A DNA stretch of 61,683 bases, taken from the IMG/VR virus record IMGVR_UViG_3300045988_126295, positions 1 through 61,683 of that record; one strand, 5' to 3'. The notes under the pieces were generated by a model. The model did no database searches and was not told the origin of the DNA. It was given only the letters and a program-made list of their open reading frames with translations. The translations under genes and the position numbers were made by a program. Positions 24,629 through 32,867 of this stretch are shown piece after piece. The DNA comes from a virus. How positions within the stretch are numbered: position 1 is the stretch's first letter; each line of letters opens with the position of its first letter.

Positions 24629-24775
24629 ATGAAATTTCCTAAAGTAAAGAAAAAGCAAAAGATTGAAAGGGTTTGTTACAACTGTAAGCATTATTATAAA
24701 TGCACTGACAGATTTAACAGAGATACTATAAACTGTGATAAATTCAAATTTAATGCTTTATGTAAGAGTGTTTAA
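24629..24775 (+). CDS. Hypothetical Cys-rich small protein (below track cutoff)
   Basis: 48 aa, MKFPKVKKKQKIERVCYNCKHYYKCTDRFNRDTINCDKFKFNALCKSV. GGAG lies 9 nt upstream. Confidence 0.4.
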   Translation: MKFPKVKKKQKIERVCYNCKHYYKCTDRFNRDTINCDKFKFNALCKSV

Positions 24776-24789
24776 AAAAAAGATTAGAT

Positions 24790-25209
24790 ATGAAATCAAA
24801 ACAAGTATTATCAATAGATCAGATGAAGCACCTGCGGGAGCTTGGCTTGGATACGAGTGATGCAAGTATGCACTGGCAGTTTTTACCGACTGCCGATTCT
24901 ATTATTAACGGAACAGACGAAACAGAGAAAGAGCCTACTCTCTTCGTTTCTCAACCGAATATGAAACATGAATATCCAGCTTACACCTTGCATGATATTC
25001 TCAGCAAGTTACCGCGATACATAAATGACTTCGGTGCAACGTATAAGATGTGCGTTGAACCTCTTTTTTCTGGCCCTTGGGCTATAAGTTACCAAATAGG
25101 CATATCTGAACCATTCATTTTTAAAGTTGCCGGAAATCTATTAGATGCAGCCTACGATATGCTTTGCTGGTGCGTTGAAAATGGATATTTTAAAGAGGGT
25201 GAACAATGA
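24790..25209 (+). CDS. Hypothetical protein
   Basis: 139 aa. ATG verified. Confidence 0.6.
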   Translation: MKSKQVLSIDQMKHLRELGLDTSDASMHWQFLPTADSIINGTDETEKEPTLFVSQPNMKHEYPAYTLHDILSKLPRYINDFGATYKMCVEPLFSGPWAISYQIGISEPFIFKVAGNLLDAAYDMLCWCVENGYFKEGEQ

Positions 25210-25490
25210 AAGCGAGAATAAAAGAAACTGGAGAAATAATTGATGTTGAATGTCGTTTCTATGCCAAGATTGGTTCTACGGACCCGATTATTCATAATAG
25301 TTTAGTTGAGGTTTTGAAAGATGATGGAATCATTGATTGGGAACAGAGGCGTTATGAACTGGCAAAGGCTGCAATGCAAGGAGTTCTAAGCAACCCTGCT
25401 TTTTGCGGCACATATTCTAAACGTGAAGCACCGATAATTATAGCGCTTGATTGTGCTGATAATATGATAAAGAAACTGAAAGGAGAATAA
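25206..25490 (+). CDS. Hypothetical protein
   Basis: 94 aa. ATGA overlap with the upstream gene. Confidence 0.6.
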   Translation: MKARIKETGEIIDVECRFYAKIGSTDPIIHNSLVEVLKDDGIIDWEQRRYELAKAAMQGVLSNPAFCGTYSKREAPIIIALDCADNMIKKLKGE

Positions 25491-25492
25491 TC

Positions 25493-25681
25493 ATGGATAT
25501 AAAAGAAGTAAAAAACAAGAAAGAGAAAGCTGAAATGGAAATAGCTCATATTTTAGAACACCTTGAAGCTGAAATAGGTTTAGAAGTCAATAATATGATT
25601 TATATACGCAGGGAAAGTGAAAAATCTACGTTATCTGCTTTGCCTGTAAGAATAAAAACAAAAATAATCTTGACGTTTTAA
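25493..25681 (+). CDS. Hypothetical protein
   Basis: 62 aa. AGGAGA Shine-Dalgarno-like motif upstream. Confidence 0.5.
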   Translation: MDIKEVKNKKEKAEMEIAHILEHLEAEIGLEVNNMIYIRRESEKSTLSALPVRIKTKIILTF

Positions 25682-25683
25682 TT

Positions 25684-25893
25684 ATGGAAGTAAAGAACGG
25701 AATAATGATAGACGGAGTGCTGTATGAAGCTGTGAATTATTCAAATGGCTTTGAATGTACTACATGTTCTCTTCGTAAGGAATGTGAGGAATTAGAAAAG
25801 TGTTGTGATAAATGGATTTGTAATCTTATTGATTGCAAGTATTTCGTCAATCGTGGCAAAGTAACAGATATTAAAATAGATAAGGAGGAATAA
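25684..25893 (+). CDS. Hypothetical Cys-rich protein
   Basis: 69 aa with CTTCSLRKEC...CCDKWIC. Confidence 0.5.
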   Translation: MEVKNGIMIDGVLYEAVNYSNGFECTTCSLRKECEELEKCCDKWICNLIDCKYFVNRGKVTDIKIDKEE

Positions 25894-25897
25894 TTAA

Positions 25898-26209
25898 ATG
25901 GATATAGTACCTATTGTAACAAAAGATAATCTTTCTAAGGAACAGATAGAATATCTGCAAAAGCAGCAAACAGAATATAAATTAGTTAATAAGATTAAGA
26001 AGAATCCGGGACATATCTTATTCTCTTTTAATCGAAAAACAAAGGAAATCAAGAGGGCTTCTATTATACATAAGGTTGCTCTTGGTTTGGATGGGCTTCC
26101 TGTAACCAAAACTGAAACGGTTATAGAACCAGATTGTTATTACGATCAAGCCTTAAATGAAAAGAATTTTAGAAAGAAATTGAAGAGAATTGGATTGTTA
26201 AGTGTTTAA
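25898..26209 (+). CDS. Hypothetical protein
   Basis: 103 aa. AAGGAGGA lies 9 nt upstream. Confidence 0.6.
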   Translation: MDIVPIVTKDNLSKEQIEYLQKQQTEYKLVNKIKKNPGHILFSFNRKTKEIKRASIIHKVALGLDGLPVTKTETVIEPDCYYDQALNEKNFRKKLKRIGLLSV

Positions 26210-26230
26210 ACGATTTGAAAACAAGTAACT

Positions 26231-26707
26231 ATGGGATTTACAACACCAGCGTTTATACGTAAAAATACACCGGAATTAAGGAAGAAGTTGGAAAAATTAG
26301 GGTACAAATCAAGAACAATATCTAATAACGATAAGTTGTGTTTAGCAACAACAGCAAATAATGTGTATGCTAAATACACAATCATCACAAATGAGATGTT
26401 TGATTCAGTAGACCCACATAGAACTTGGAATTGTGCTGGAAGAATTGATTGCGGAACCAACGAAGAACTTTTCTTAGCTATCTCTGCATTGAGAGATGAT
26501 ACAAATAAGAATCAGTGGTTTATAACAGATTCGCCTCTTAGCGTTTCTTATGATGATTCTATTGGCAACGATCATTATTTCACAGAATCCAAAGGCAGTA
26601 TATTCTTTTGGGATGAAAATTGGGAATATACTACTATTATTTCAGGAAGCTATCATAAGGCTACCGTAAACGAACTTGTTGAACATTTTAAAGAAGGGGA
26701 GGAATAA
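26231..26707 (+). CDS. Hypothetical protein
   Basis: 158 aa. ATG verified. Confidence 0.6.
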   Translation: MGFTTPAFIRKNTPELRKKLEKLGYKSRTISNNDKLCLATTANNVYAKYTIITNEMFDSVDPHRTWNCAGRIDCGTNEELFLAISALRDDTNKNQWFITDSPLSVSYDDSIGNDHYFTESKGSIFFWDENWEYTTIISGSYHKATVNELVEHFKEGEE

Positions 26708-26709
26708 CG

Positions 26710-27057
26710 ATGGAAATATTAAGAGAAGCAACTCCTATCGCTCGTAAAGAACATAGATGTGATTTTTGCGGTGACATAATCTCTGTTGGAGAAAAATATA
26801 ACAGACAGACCAATATTTATGACGGAAGTATCTACGACTGGGTAAGCCACTGTGAATGCTCTCAATTGGCTTCTGAACTTGATATGTATGATGATTGTGA
26901 TGAGGGGCTTGACGGGGATGGGTTTATTGACAATTTGAATCAGTACGTTTATGAAAATCATTACGATGATAAAATAGATGATATTGCGAAGGATTGGCAA
27001 TTGTCACGTCACGAACTTGTAAGGAAAATATTGGATGAATTAAAAAAGGAGAAATAG
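26710..27057 (+). CDS. Hypothetical Cys/acidic protein
   Basis: 115 aa. GGGGAGGA upstream. HRCDFCGD...SHCEC motif. Confidence 0.6.
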   Translation: MEILREATPIARKEHRCDFCGDIISVGEKYNRQTNIYDGSIYDWVSHCECSQLASELDMYDDCDEGLDGDGFIDNLNQYVYENHYDDKIDDIAKDWQLSRHELVRKILDELKKEK

Positions 27058-27059
27058 CC

Positions 27060-27430
27060 ATGACCGAAGAACTTGTAACATTAGAAACAGCGAAGATGCT
27101 GAGAAAGAAAGGGTTTAATGAGTATTGTAAAAATGTTATTGATATTAATAATATACCAAGGGAAACCTTATATAGAATTAATGATGATTTACCAAAACAA
27201 TGCTTTTCTCAGCCTACACAATCCATTGTTCAAAAGTGGCTACGTGAAGTCAAGAACCTGCATATTGAAATATACCGTAACGCTTGTGGTATGGATATAT
27301 CATTGTAAAAGCCAATAACGGCACATGGATGGAAGATGATGACGCCAAAGGCCCTAACGATGGTGGGAATTGGGATACCTACGAAGAAGCACTCGAAGAA
27401 GGATTGCAGGAAGCGTTAAAACTTATATAA
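27060..27430 (+). pseudogene. Frameshifted gene (indel, or -1 recoding candidate): frame-0 part 27060..27308 plus frame-2 continuation 27281..27430
   Basis: Frame 0 ends ...HIEIYRNACGMDISL*. Frame 2 is open from 27281 (RLWYGYIIVKANNGTWMEDDDAKGPNDGGNWDTYEEALEEGLQEALKLI*) and stops 2 nt before the next gene's ATG at 27433. Confidence 0.5.
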
Positions 27431-27432
27431 CC

Positions 27433-27624
27433 ATGAATAGAAACGAATACCGGGAACGCTGCAAACATTACAGCCATTACAGCGGGCAGTGTTACAAAAA
27501 ATCGTCCATATCAGGCATAGCAAACAATGTGCATGTGAATATGAAATGTGACGGTAAATGTCCTCGCATGAGGAATTACGATAAGAGAAACGGAATATTA
27601 ATTGATAAAGAAATAACAGATTAA
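27433..27624 (+). CDS. Hypothetical Cys-rich protein
   Basis: 63 aa from the ATG at 27433 (the track start at 27370 is TTG). CKHYSHYSGQC...CDGKCPRM. Confidence 0.55.
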   Translation: MNRNEYRERCKHYSHYSGQCYKKSSISGIANNVHVNMKCDGKCPRMRNYDKRNGILIDKEITD

Positions 27625-27629
27625 TCTAA

Positions 27630-27785
27630 ATGAATGCACTAAAACGCTTTATATTTATAATATTGTTTATGCCTATATGTACTATAAATGCTATCTATGA
27701 TACTATGATGTTTATAGTCGAAGGCGACAATCACGAATGGTTTGTAATGCTTAATTGGCTGAGTAATAAATTAATAGATAATTGA
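27630..27785 (+). CDS. Hypothetical small membrane protein (below track cutoff)
   Basis: 51 aa, MNALKRFIFIILFMPICTINAIYD... Ends 1 nt before the next ATG. Confidence 0.4.
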   Translation: MNALKRFIFIILFMPICTINAIYDTMMFIVEGDNHEWFVMLNWLSNKLIDN

Positions 27786-27786
27786 T

Positions 27787-28029
27787 ATGGAAAAAATCAA
27801 ATGTATAACTTTCGATAAAGCAGCACAAGATGTTTTGTCGGAACAAATCAAGGCTAAGATGAAAGCTAATATGAGCAAAGCCAGACGGGAAGAATACAAA
27901 AAGCTGTGTTATAACTTTGAGTATAAGTTTGGAGAATATATACCCAGTTGCGCATTAAAGTCTGGAGAATGTGATGAAGATTGTGAATACATGAGAAACT
28001 TTAAAAATAGTAAACATGAATTTAAATAA
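27787..28029 (+). CDS. Hypothetical protein
   Basis: 80 aa. ATG verified. Confidence 0.55.
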   Translation: MEKIKCITFDKAAQDVLSEQIKAKMKANMSKARREEYKKLCYNFEYKFGEYIPSCALKSGECDEDCEYMRNFKNSKHEFK

Positions 28030-28573
28030 ATTGCGCGATCGCGCCTATAAAACCGCCTGTGAACATGGTTTTCATGATGAAGAATTGAGTAACGAACATT
28101 GCCTCTGTCTTGTCATATCCGAGCTTATGGAAGCAGTGGAAGCAGATAGAAAAGGGAAATACTTCAAAGGTATATTGACTTTTGAGCGTGAGTTTAACCG
28201 TTATTCCGCATTAGTGGAAGAAGAAAAACGATTTAAGTGCTCGTTTGAAAGACACGTCAAAGATACAGTTCCTGATGAGCTTACCGATGCCGTTATCCGC
28301 CTGCTTGACTTGTGCGGATTGCGTAAGATTAAGCTGGAGAATGACTGTTTGGATGATGAGGTGCTTGAAGAATATTCGCACATATTCATTGGCAAAACAT
28401 TTACAGAGTCTATTTTCAATATTACTAAAAATCTTATTGATAGAGATATATCCTACTCTCTAATTAATATTTTCGGGCTTGCCAAGCATCTGAACATAGA
28501 TTTGCTCTGGCACATCGAGCAGAAGATGCGATACAATGAATTGAGGGAAAACAAACATGGAAAGATGTATTGA
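28016..28573 (+). CDS. MazG-like nucleoside triphosphate pyrophosphohydrolase
   Basis: 185 aa. ACEHGFHDEE...LVISELMEAVEADRKG...DELTDAVIRLLDLCG fits the all-alpha NTP-PPase pattern. Confidence 0.5.
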   Translation: MNLNKLRDRAYKTACEHGFHDEELSNEHCLCLVISELMEAVEADRKGKYFKGILTFEREFNRYSALVEEEKRFKCSFERHVKDTVPDELTDAVIRLLDLCGLRKIKLENDCLDDEVLEEYSHIFIGKTFTESIFNITKNLIDRDISYSLINIFGLAKHLNIDLLWHIEQKMRYNELRENKHGKMY

Positions 28574-28575
28574 TT

Positions 28576-28797
28576 ATGAAAAAATACTATTACTATACTT
28601 ATAGATCCAAGTCAATGAATATAAATTGTGGCTCATGTTCGATTGAAGATGGTTGTTTTGACGTGAATAGAATGATGAGGAAATTGTATAAAGAGAGCAA
28701 GTGCATATGTATTATCACTTTTTGGAAAGAAATATCCGAAAAAGAGTTCGAGGGGTTAATGGAGTTTTTTGATGAAGTTAATAATAGCCATGAGTAA
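28576..28797 (+). CDS. Hypothetical protein
   Basis: 73 aa from the ATG at 28576 (the track start is TTG). Confidence 0.5.
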   Translation: MKKYYYYTYRSKSMNINCGSCSIEDGCFDVNRMMRKLYKESKCICIITFWKEISEKEFEGLMEFFDEVNNSHE

Positions 28798-28823
28798 AAA
28801 AAGGGATGCCTGTACATCCCCTT
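28796..28823 (-). terminator. Intrinsic terminator (minus-strand orientation) after the small minus-strand ORF
   Basis: GGGATG-cctgta-CATCCC stem. The plus-strand A7 run gives U7 only on the minus strand. Confidence 0.55.
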
Positions 28824-28832
28824 AAAACAGCA

Positions 28833-28967
28833 TTACGCCACTTTCTTACTATCTACCAAGAAAGAAAAGTATTTGGAATGTTTTGGATATATCCGCTTAC
28901 CGTTCCTTATGATATACCGACAGAAAATACGAGTTTTGCCGTTTTCATTTTGCATTTGATTTTTCAC
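28833..28967 (-). CDS. Small basic protein with strong Shine-Dalgarno (below track cutoff)
   Basis: 44 aa, (V/M)KNQMQNENGKTRIFCRYIIRNGKRIYPKHSKYFSFLVDSKKVA. GGAGAGGAGGTG lies 7 nt before the GTG (in-frame ATG at 28955). A terminator follows. Confidence 0.45.
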   Translation of the reverse strand: MKNQMQNENGKTRIFCRYIIRNGKRIYPKHSKYFSFLVDSKKVA

Positions 28968-29041
28968 AATAACACCTCCTCTCCGTTTTGCCTACTAACC
29001 TGTATTAGCAAGCTTTAAGCTGCACCCTGTCAAGTGCAACT

Positions 29042-29071
29042 AAAAAAGCCCAAAGTTACAGGACATTGGGC
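29042..29071 (-). terminator. Intrinsic terminator (minus strand) ending an approximately 115-nt leader/sRNA
   Basis: GCCCAA-12 nt-TTGGGC. The plus-strand A6 run gives U6 on the minus strand. Confidence 0.55.
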
Positions 29072-29164
29072 TTAAATGTCTTTTCTCAATGAGAACGGAC
29101 AAGAAAGGTGACGAATGACAGTTCGTCGGGTTGGAGGTGTTAATGCTCCAAATCAAATGCGGTA

Positions 29165-29172
29165 CAAATATA
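29165..29172 (-). promoter_or_regulatory. Candidate -7 box TATATTTG (minus strand)
   Basis: Plus strand caaatata in an ORF-poor 530-bp gap. No clear -33 element. Confidence 0.4.
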
Positions 29173-29334
29173 GGTTTTAGCCTACAAGTAAGGAATTTTA
29201 TTAACGATTTTAATAGTCAAATTAACACATGAGTAAACTCTACAAAGCAACCATTTTCGGCAAACCGTTCATGCTTGGATGGTTCAGCCATGCGGACAAA
29301 TGGTATCATAGAATTGGAATAATATATTGAGACA

Positions 29335-29733
29335 ATGAGAGCAACCGAAAAGAAACTAAGAGACAGACACGCCCGTCTGCCTGAACAATACAAGAAGGTA
29401 GACACGACAGTCAACGGAGATGCGGAACACCTGATAGAGGAGCGCAAACAGCTTGAAAAGAACTTGGTTCCTCTTCGCCTTAGCAATACTACCGTTATCT
29501 ACGTAACAAGGGATAAGCAAAACGAAGCGTATGCAGCAGTGGCGCGTAAACGAATGGGGATAGCCGAACCCCGGAAAGTATTTGTTGACCCTCTTTCGCA
29601 GGAGAACATTACAAAGATGTACAAGGAGGACGGCATAGCTCCCCGCAGAATGGCCGAAATATTGAATGTAAGCGTCAGGACGGTGTATCTAAGATTAGCC
29701 AAATACGGGCTTACAAGAGTGAAATGCAGATAA
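29335..29733 (+). CDS. DNA-binding protein with C-terminal HTH (sigma-70 region 4 / resolvase-HTH like)
   Basis: 132 aa. GIAPRRMAEILNVSVRTVYLRLAKYGL at the C-terminus. Confidence 0.55.
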   Translation: MRATEKKLRDRHARLPEQYKKVDTTVNGDAEHLIEERKQLEKNLVPLRLSNTTVIYVTRDKQNEAYAAVARKRMGIAEPRKVFVDPLSQENITKMYKEDGIAPRRMAEILNVSVRTVYLRLAKYGLTRVKCR

Positions 29734-29748
29734 TTAAAACTTGTAATT

Positions 29749-30258
29749 ATGAAAGATATTAAAAGAAAATACAGTTTCTCTGATATAGAGTTTAAGCCTT
29801 ACTTTACAGAGGAAGAGGTAAATTTTATCAAAAAGCTGAAATTGATGAAAGATATTGATAAGTACATGCAGGGAGTGGTTGAGTTTGAGAATGGTTATGG
29901 CGTCAGTGTACTTTTAGGACAGCTGTTTCATTCAGACGGAAAAGACACATACGAGGTGGCCGTTACCTATGACGGCCATATAATCAACCGAGATAACGAG
30001 CAGTGGGTAGAATGCTTTTTGGACCGCTATGAAGTTGAGAAGCTGATGAACAATGTTGCCGGGCTTAATTCTATTGTTGTTGATTCGTTCGACAAAGGCG
30101 ATTACTTGGTGTATAATTTTGATAAATATCATACATATATAGTCAGTCCGGGAAGAGAAAACATTTATTTGTTTGGTTCTTTTTACGAAACAAGAAAAGC
30201 CACCTACGAAGAAAGAGAGAAGATATTCGAGAGATTGAGAGAATCATTAATTTTTTAA
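29749..30258 (+). CDS. Hypothetical protein
   Basis: 169 aa. ATG verified. Confidence 0.6.
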   Translation: MKDIKRKYSFSDIEFKPYFTEEEVNFIKKLKLMKDIDKYMQGVVEFENGYGVSVLLGQLFHSDGKDTYEVAVTYDGHIINRDNEQWVECFLDRYEVEKLMNNVAGLNSIVVDSFDKGDYLVYNFDKYHTYIVSPGRENIYLFGSFYETRKATYEEREKIFERLRESLIF

Positions 30259-30267
30259 ACAAAAGCA

Positions 30268-30429
30268 ATGGAAGATAATACATTAGACCAAAATCTTTAT
30301 ACCACCGCAATGAAAGAAGCGCTAAAGGTGGAGTTCTTGGAAAACAACGAAGAGATTAAACTATATGCCGCCTCGCTGTATAATGCGATGATATGGGGTA
30401 GAAATCATACAGTTAAAGTAAAATATTAA
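30268..30429 (+). CDS. Hypothetical small protein (below track cutoff)
   Basis: 53 aa, MEDNTLDQNLYTTAMKEALKVEFLENNEEIKLYAASLYNAMIWGRNHTVKVKY. Confidence 0.4.
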   Translation: MEDNTLDQNLYTTAMKEALKVEFLENNEEIKLYAASLYNAMIWGRNHTVKVKY

Positions 30430-30447
30430 GTTTTTTATTTGGCGTTA

Positions 30448-30535
30448 TAGAAAAAGGGCGTATATTTGCAGCGTTACACATATTTAGTGGCAGGCGGTTG
30501 TCTGCTTTGTGCAGGCATTTTTTATGCTTGTAAGT
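30448..30535 (+). repeat. 88-bp exact repeat copy B: promoter, short leader and terminator
   Basis: Identical to 17675..17762. The -7 box is at 30461-68. Confidence 0.9.
30499..30523 (+). terminator. Leader terminator within repeat copy B
   Basis: Same TGTCTGC-tttgt-GCAGGCA plus T6 as copy A. Confidence 0.55.
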
Positions 30536-30671
30536 ACGCTGTATATATAATACAACGGTCTGCAAACCTGTGAGGAAAGTTAACAGCTTCCCAACTGCCA
30601 CTAAGGTATGTGTAACGACGGGTTAATTGCAGACCGTCTTCTTTTCTGCAATGCCATAAAACGTTACAAAA

Positions 30672-31436
30672 ATGGCAAATGAATTAAATTCAAACAAGAA
30701 AACAATGAGCTCTCTTGAAATTGCAGAGCTCGCAGGTAGAAACCACAAAGATGTTATGCGCTCCATTCGTGATATGGAACCAGCATGGGTGAAAGAAGGT
30801 GGGCGCAATTTTGCGCTGACCTCTTATGTTGACCAATGGAACAGACAGCAACCATGTTACGAATTGGATTACAAAGAATGTATGTATATAGCTTCTAAGT
30901 TTGAAGATGGGACAAGGGCGAAGTTAGTCCTTCGTTGGGATGCGTTGGAAACCGGGAAAGCTAAGCCAATGATTTATCAATCTAAAATCAAGCGTGAACC
31001 AACTCTAACAACAAAAATTCGTGTCAGCCTTGAATGGATAAAAGGTGTGAGCGAAATGCTAAATCTTAATGATTCTTCAAAACTTGCATTGCTTGGAAAA
31101 GTAGCAGAACCATTAAACTTGCCACTTCCCGACTACACCCCGTCAAAAGGAATATTAAAATCAGCAACCGACCTATTGAAAGAACGGAAAACTCAAATAT
31201 CCGCACGTGAATTTAATACGGTAGCAATAGAAAAAGGTTACCTGTGCGAACTGGAAAGAAAATCATCATACGGGCAAAAGAAGAAATTCAAGTCAATTAC
31301 AGAGAAAGGTCTTTCTTTCGGAGAAAACCAAGTAAACCCGAACAATCCGAAAGGCACTCAACCGTTATGGTACGAAAGCAAGTTTGATGAGTTATTGGCC
31401 GTATTAGGGTTTCATTTCATAGGAGAAACTAACTAA
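30672..31436 (+). CDS. Rha-family phage regulatory protein (antirepressor-type)
   Basis: 254 aa. MSSLEIAELAGRNHKDVMRSIRDME...YELDYKECMYIASKFEDGTRAKLVLRWDALE matches the Phage_pRha pattern. Confidence 0.75.
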   Translation: MANELNSNKKTMSSLEIAELAGRNHKDVMRSIRDMEPAWVKEGGRNFALTSYVDQWNRQQPCYELDYKECMYIASKFEDGTRAKLVLRWDALETGKAKPMIYQSKIKREPTLTTKIRVSLEWIKGVSEMLNLNDSSKLALLGKVAEPLNLPLPDYTPSKGILKSATDLLKERKTQISAREFNTVAIEKGYLCELERKSSYGQKKKFKSITEKGLSFGENQVNPNNPKGTQPLWYESKFDELLAVLGFHFIGETN

Positions 31437-31556
31437 TAATATAGCTTATTGAAAATCAGAAAAAGGCAATAGGTTATTACAAGAAGGGGGTCTGTGCTTT
31501 ACCGACCCCCACTGTAAATCAGCCTGCCCGCTTAAAACCTAAAACAAATATTCATC

Positions 31557-31790
31557 ATGGAAAGAAATACAATACCCGCTAAAAAGCAATATGACGTCAG
31601 CGCAATGGGCGAATTTTTTAGAGACATTATAGCTCCTGAAGAACTTAGAAAGGAACTCGTAGAACTGGCGTTTGATTATGCGCAATACGTAGATGAAGGA
31701 AGCACAGATTTGTTTAAAAACAATATGAGTACCATATACATACTGTATAGGGCACTGGAGGATGTGAAAGAATTAGAGACACAGGGTTAA
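31557..31790 (+). CDS. Small protein, paralog of the 18647..18853 product
   Basis: 77 aa. See the 18647 entry. Preceded by an 18-nt motif AAACCTAAAACAAATATT (31535-52) that also precedes 58495. Confidence 0.6.
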   Translation: MERNTIPAKKQYDVSAMGEFFRDIIAPEELRKELVELAFDYAQYVDEGSTDLFKNNMSTIYILYRALEDVKELETQG

Positions 31791-31949
31791 CAGCATAGCC
31801 AGTTTTACCGCAACAATAAGCGGTATAGCATTGCAAATAACATCCTCGGCTATCTTTAGAGCACGTTCCATTGCATCATAGCAAGCAGTCGGCAGAACAT
31901 CCAGTGCGGTAAGTCTTCCGACTGCTTAATCAATATGTCTAATTGTTCA

Positions 31950-32048
31950 TTCATAGCTATATTTTAGGCACATGTAAGACCAAATTTTATTATCTCCCGG
32001 CATCCAATCTTCATCGTCAAACCAAAAGGCATACGCCGCTTCGATGTC
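31950..32048 (-). pseudogene. Remnant of a paralog of the 3' end of gene 33005..33493, in frame directly after the HNH gene's TAG
   Basis: Encodes DIEAAYAFWFDDEDWMPGDNKIWSYMCLKYSYE*. Compare the C-terminus of the 33005 product, DADILKIGYLFFFADEDWSANDKGSATKTWDYVCCKNKM*. Confidence 0.55.
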
Positions 32049-32867
32049 CTAATTCTCATATTTCCAGTTATATCCTCCACACAAACATTTTTTACGGCCA
32101 GACGCATTGCGGTTTATATTAGAAGGCTTTAACCCAAGAGTTTCGCAGGCTTCTTTAATAGAATCCCATCTTTTAACGAGTACCCAATCTTTAGTATATT
32201 GCAAAATAGGTTTGTGTTTCTTTTTGTATGGTTCGTACACCGGAATTATATCTTTTGAGCGTGACCATAAATATCCACCACAGCTCTGTCGCCCTCTTAG
32301 TCCTCCACGACTAACTTCCGCAATAGTCATGGCTGTCAATCCCGTTACTCTGCTCGCCTCTCTTGCGCTTTCGTATTCTGCAATAAATTCTCTATTAATA
32401 CTAAATTGATATACTCTCTTTGGAGCTGTTTTCCTTTTGCGCTCAATTTTGGTTTTTATAGATTTTCTTAACGCTTCATGCGTTTTTGAATTAGATTTAA
32501 TGCTTTGTTGAGATAAAGGATTGCGCATATTTTCAGCATGAGTCACCCATCGCAGATTTTCTAACCTACAATCTGTTCGATTTGTATTAATATGGTCAAC
32601 TTCAGGTTTGTTATCCGGATTGGGAATAAATGCTTTAGCCAAAATTCGGTGCAAGGAGTATTGTTTGCTTTTCCCATTTTTGCATAACGTAACACAAGGA
32701 TAGCCAACAGAATTAATACCAATCCTCTTGAACCTTCCCTTAGAAGTGATGGCGATTCCGTTTTTCTGAATAATAGTACGCTGTAATGAGCGCACTCTGC
32801 CGAGATTGCTGACTTCATACAATCCCTCAAAACCCTTAATGGGGTTCCAAATTTCTTTTTGTTCCAT
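32049..32867 (-). CDS. HNH homing endonuclease (NUMOD4 plus HNH_3 plus C-terminal DNA-binding repeats)
   Basis: 272 aa. EIWNPIKGFEGLYEVSNLGRVRS, GYPCVTLCKNGKSKQYSLHRILAKAFIPNP...VDHINTNRTDCRLENLRW. Confidence 0.85.
   Translation of the reverse strand: MEQKEIWNPIKGFEGLYEVSNLGRVRSLQRTIIQKNGIAITSKGRFKRIGINSVGYPCVTLCKNGKSKQYSLHRILAKAFIPNPDNKPEVDHINTNRTDCRLENLRWVTHAENMRNPLSQQSIKSNSKTHEALRKSIKTKIERKRKTAPKRVYQFSINREFIAEYESAREASRVTGLTAMTIAEVSRGGLRGRQSCGGYLWSRSKDIIPVYEPYKKKHKPILQYTKDWVLVKRWDSIKEACETLGLKPSNINRNASGRKKCLCGGYNWKYEN

Noticed and set aside
28806-29486. ORFs 28806..29018 (+) and 29217..29486 (-)
   Set aside because: The first starts inside a terminator hairpin and runs antisense to the SD-led small ORF. 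The second overlaps the start of the HTH gene 29335..29733 and has no start context.
32046-32051. TAG read-through or stop-codon recoding that would fuse the HNH endonuclease to the downstream 33 codons
   Set aside because: TAG ends other well-delimited genes here (39242 and 60665). All long ORFs are intact under the standard code. The downstream peptide is homologous to the neighbouring gene's C-terminus, so a recombination remnant is the simpler explanation.
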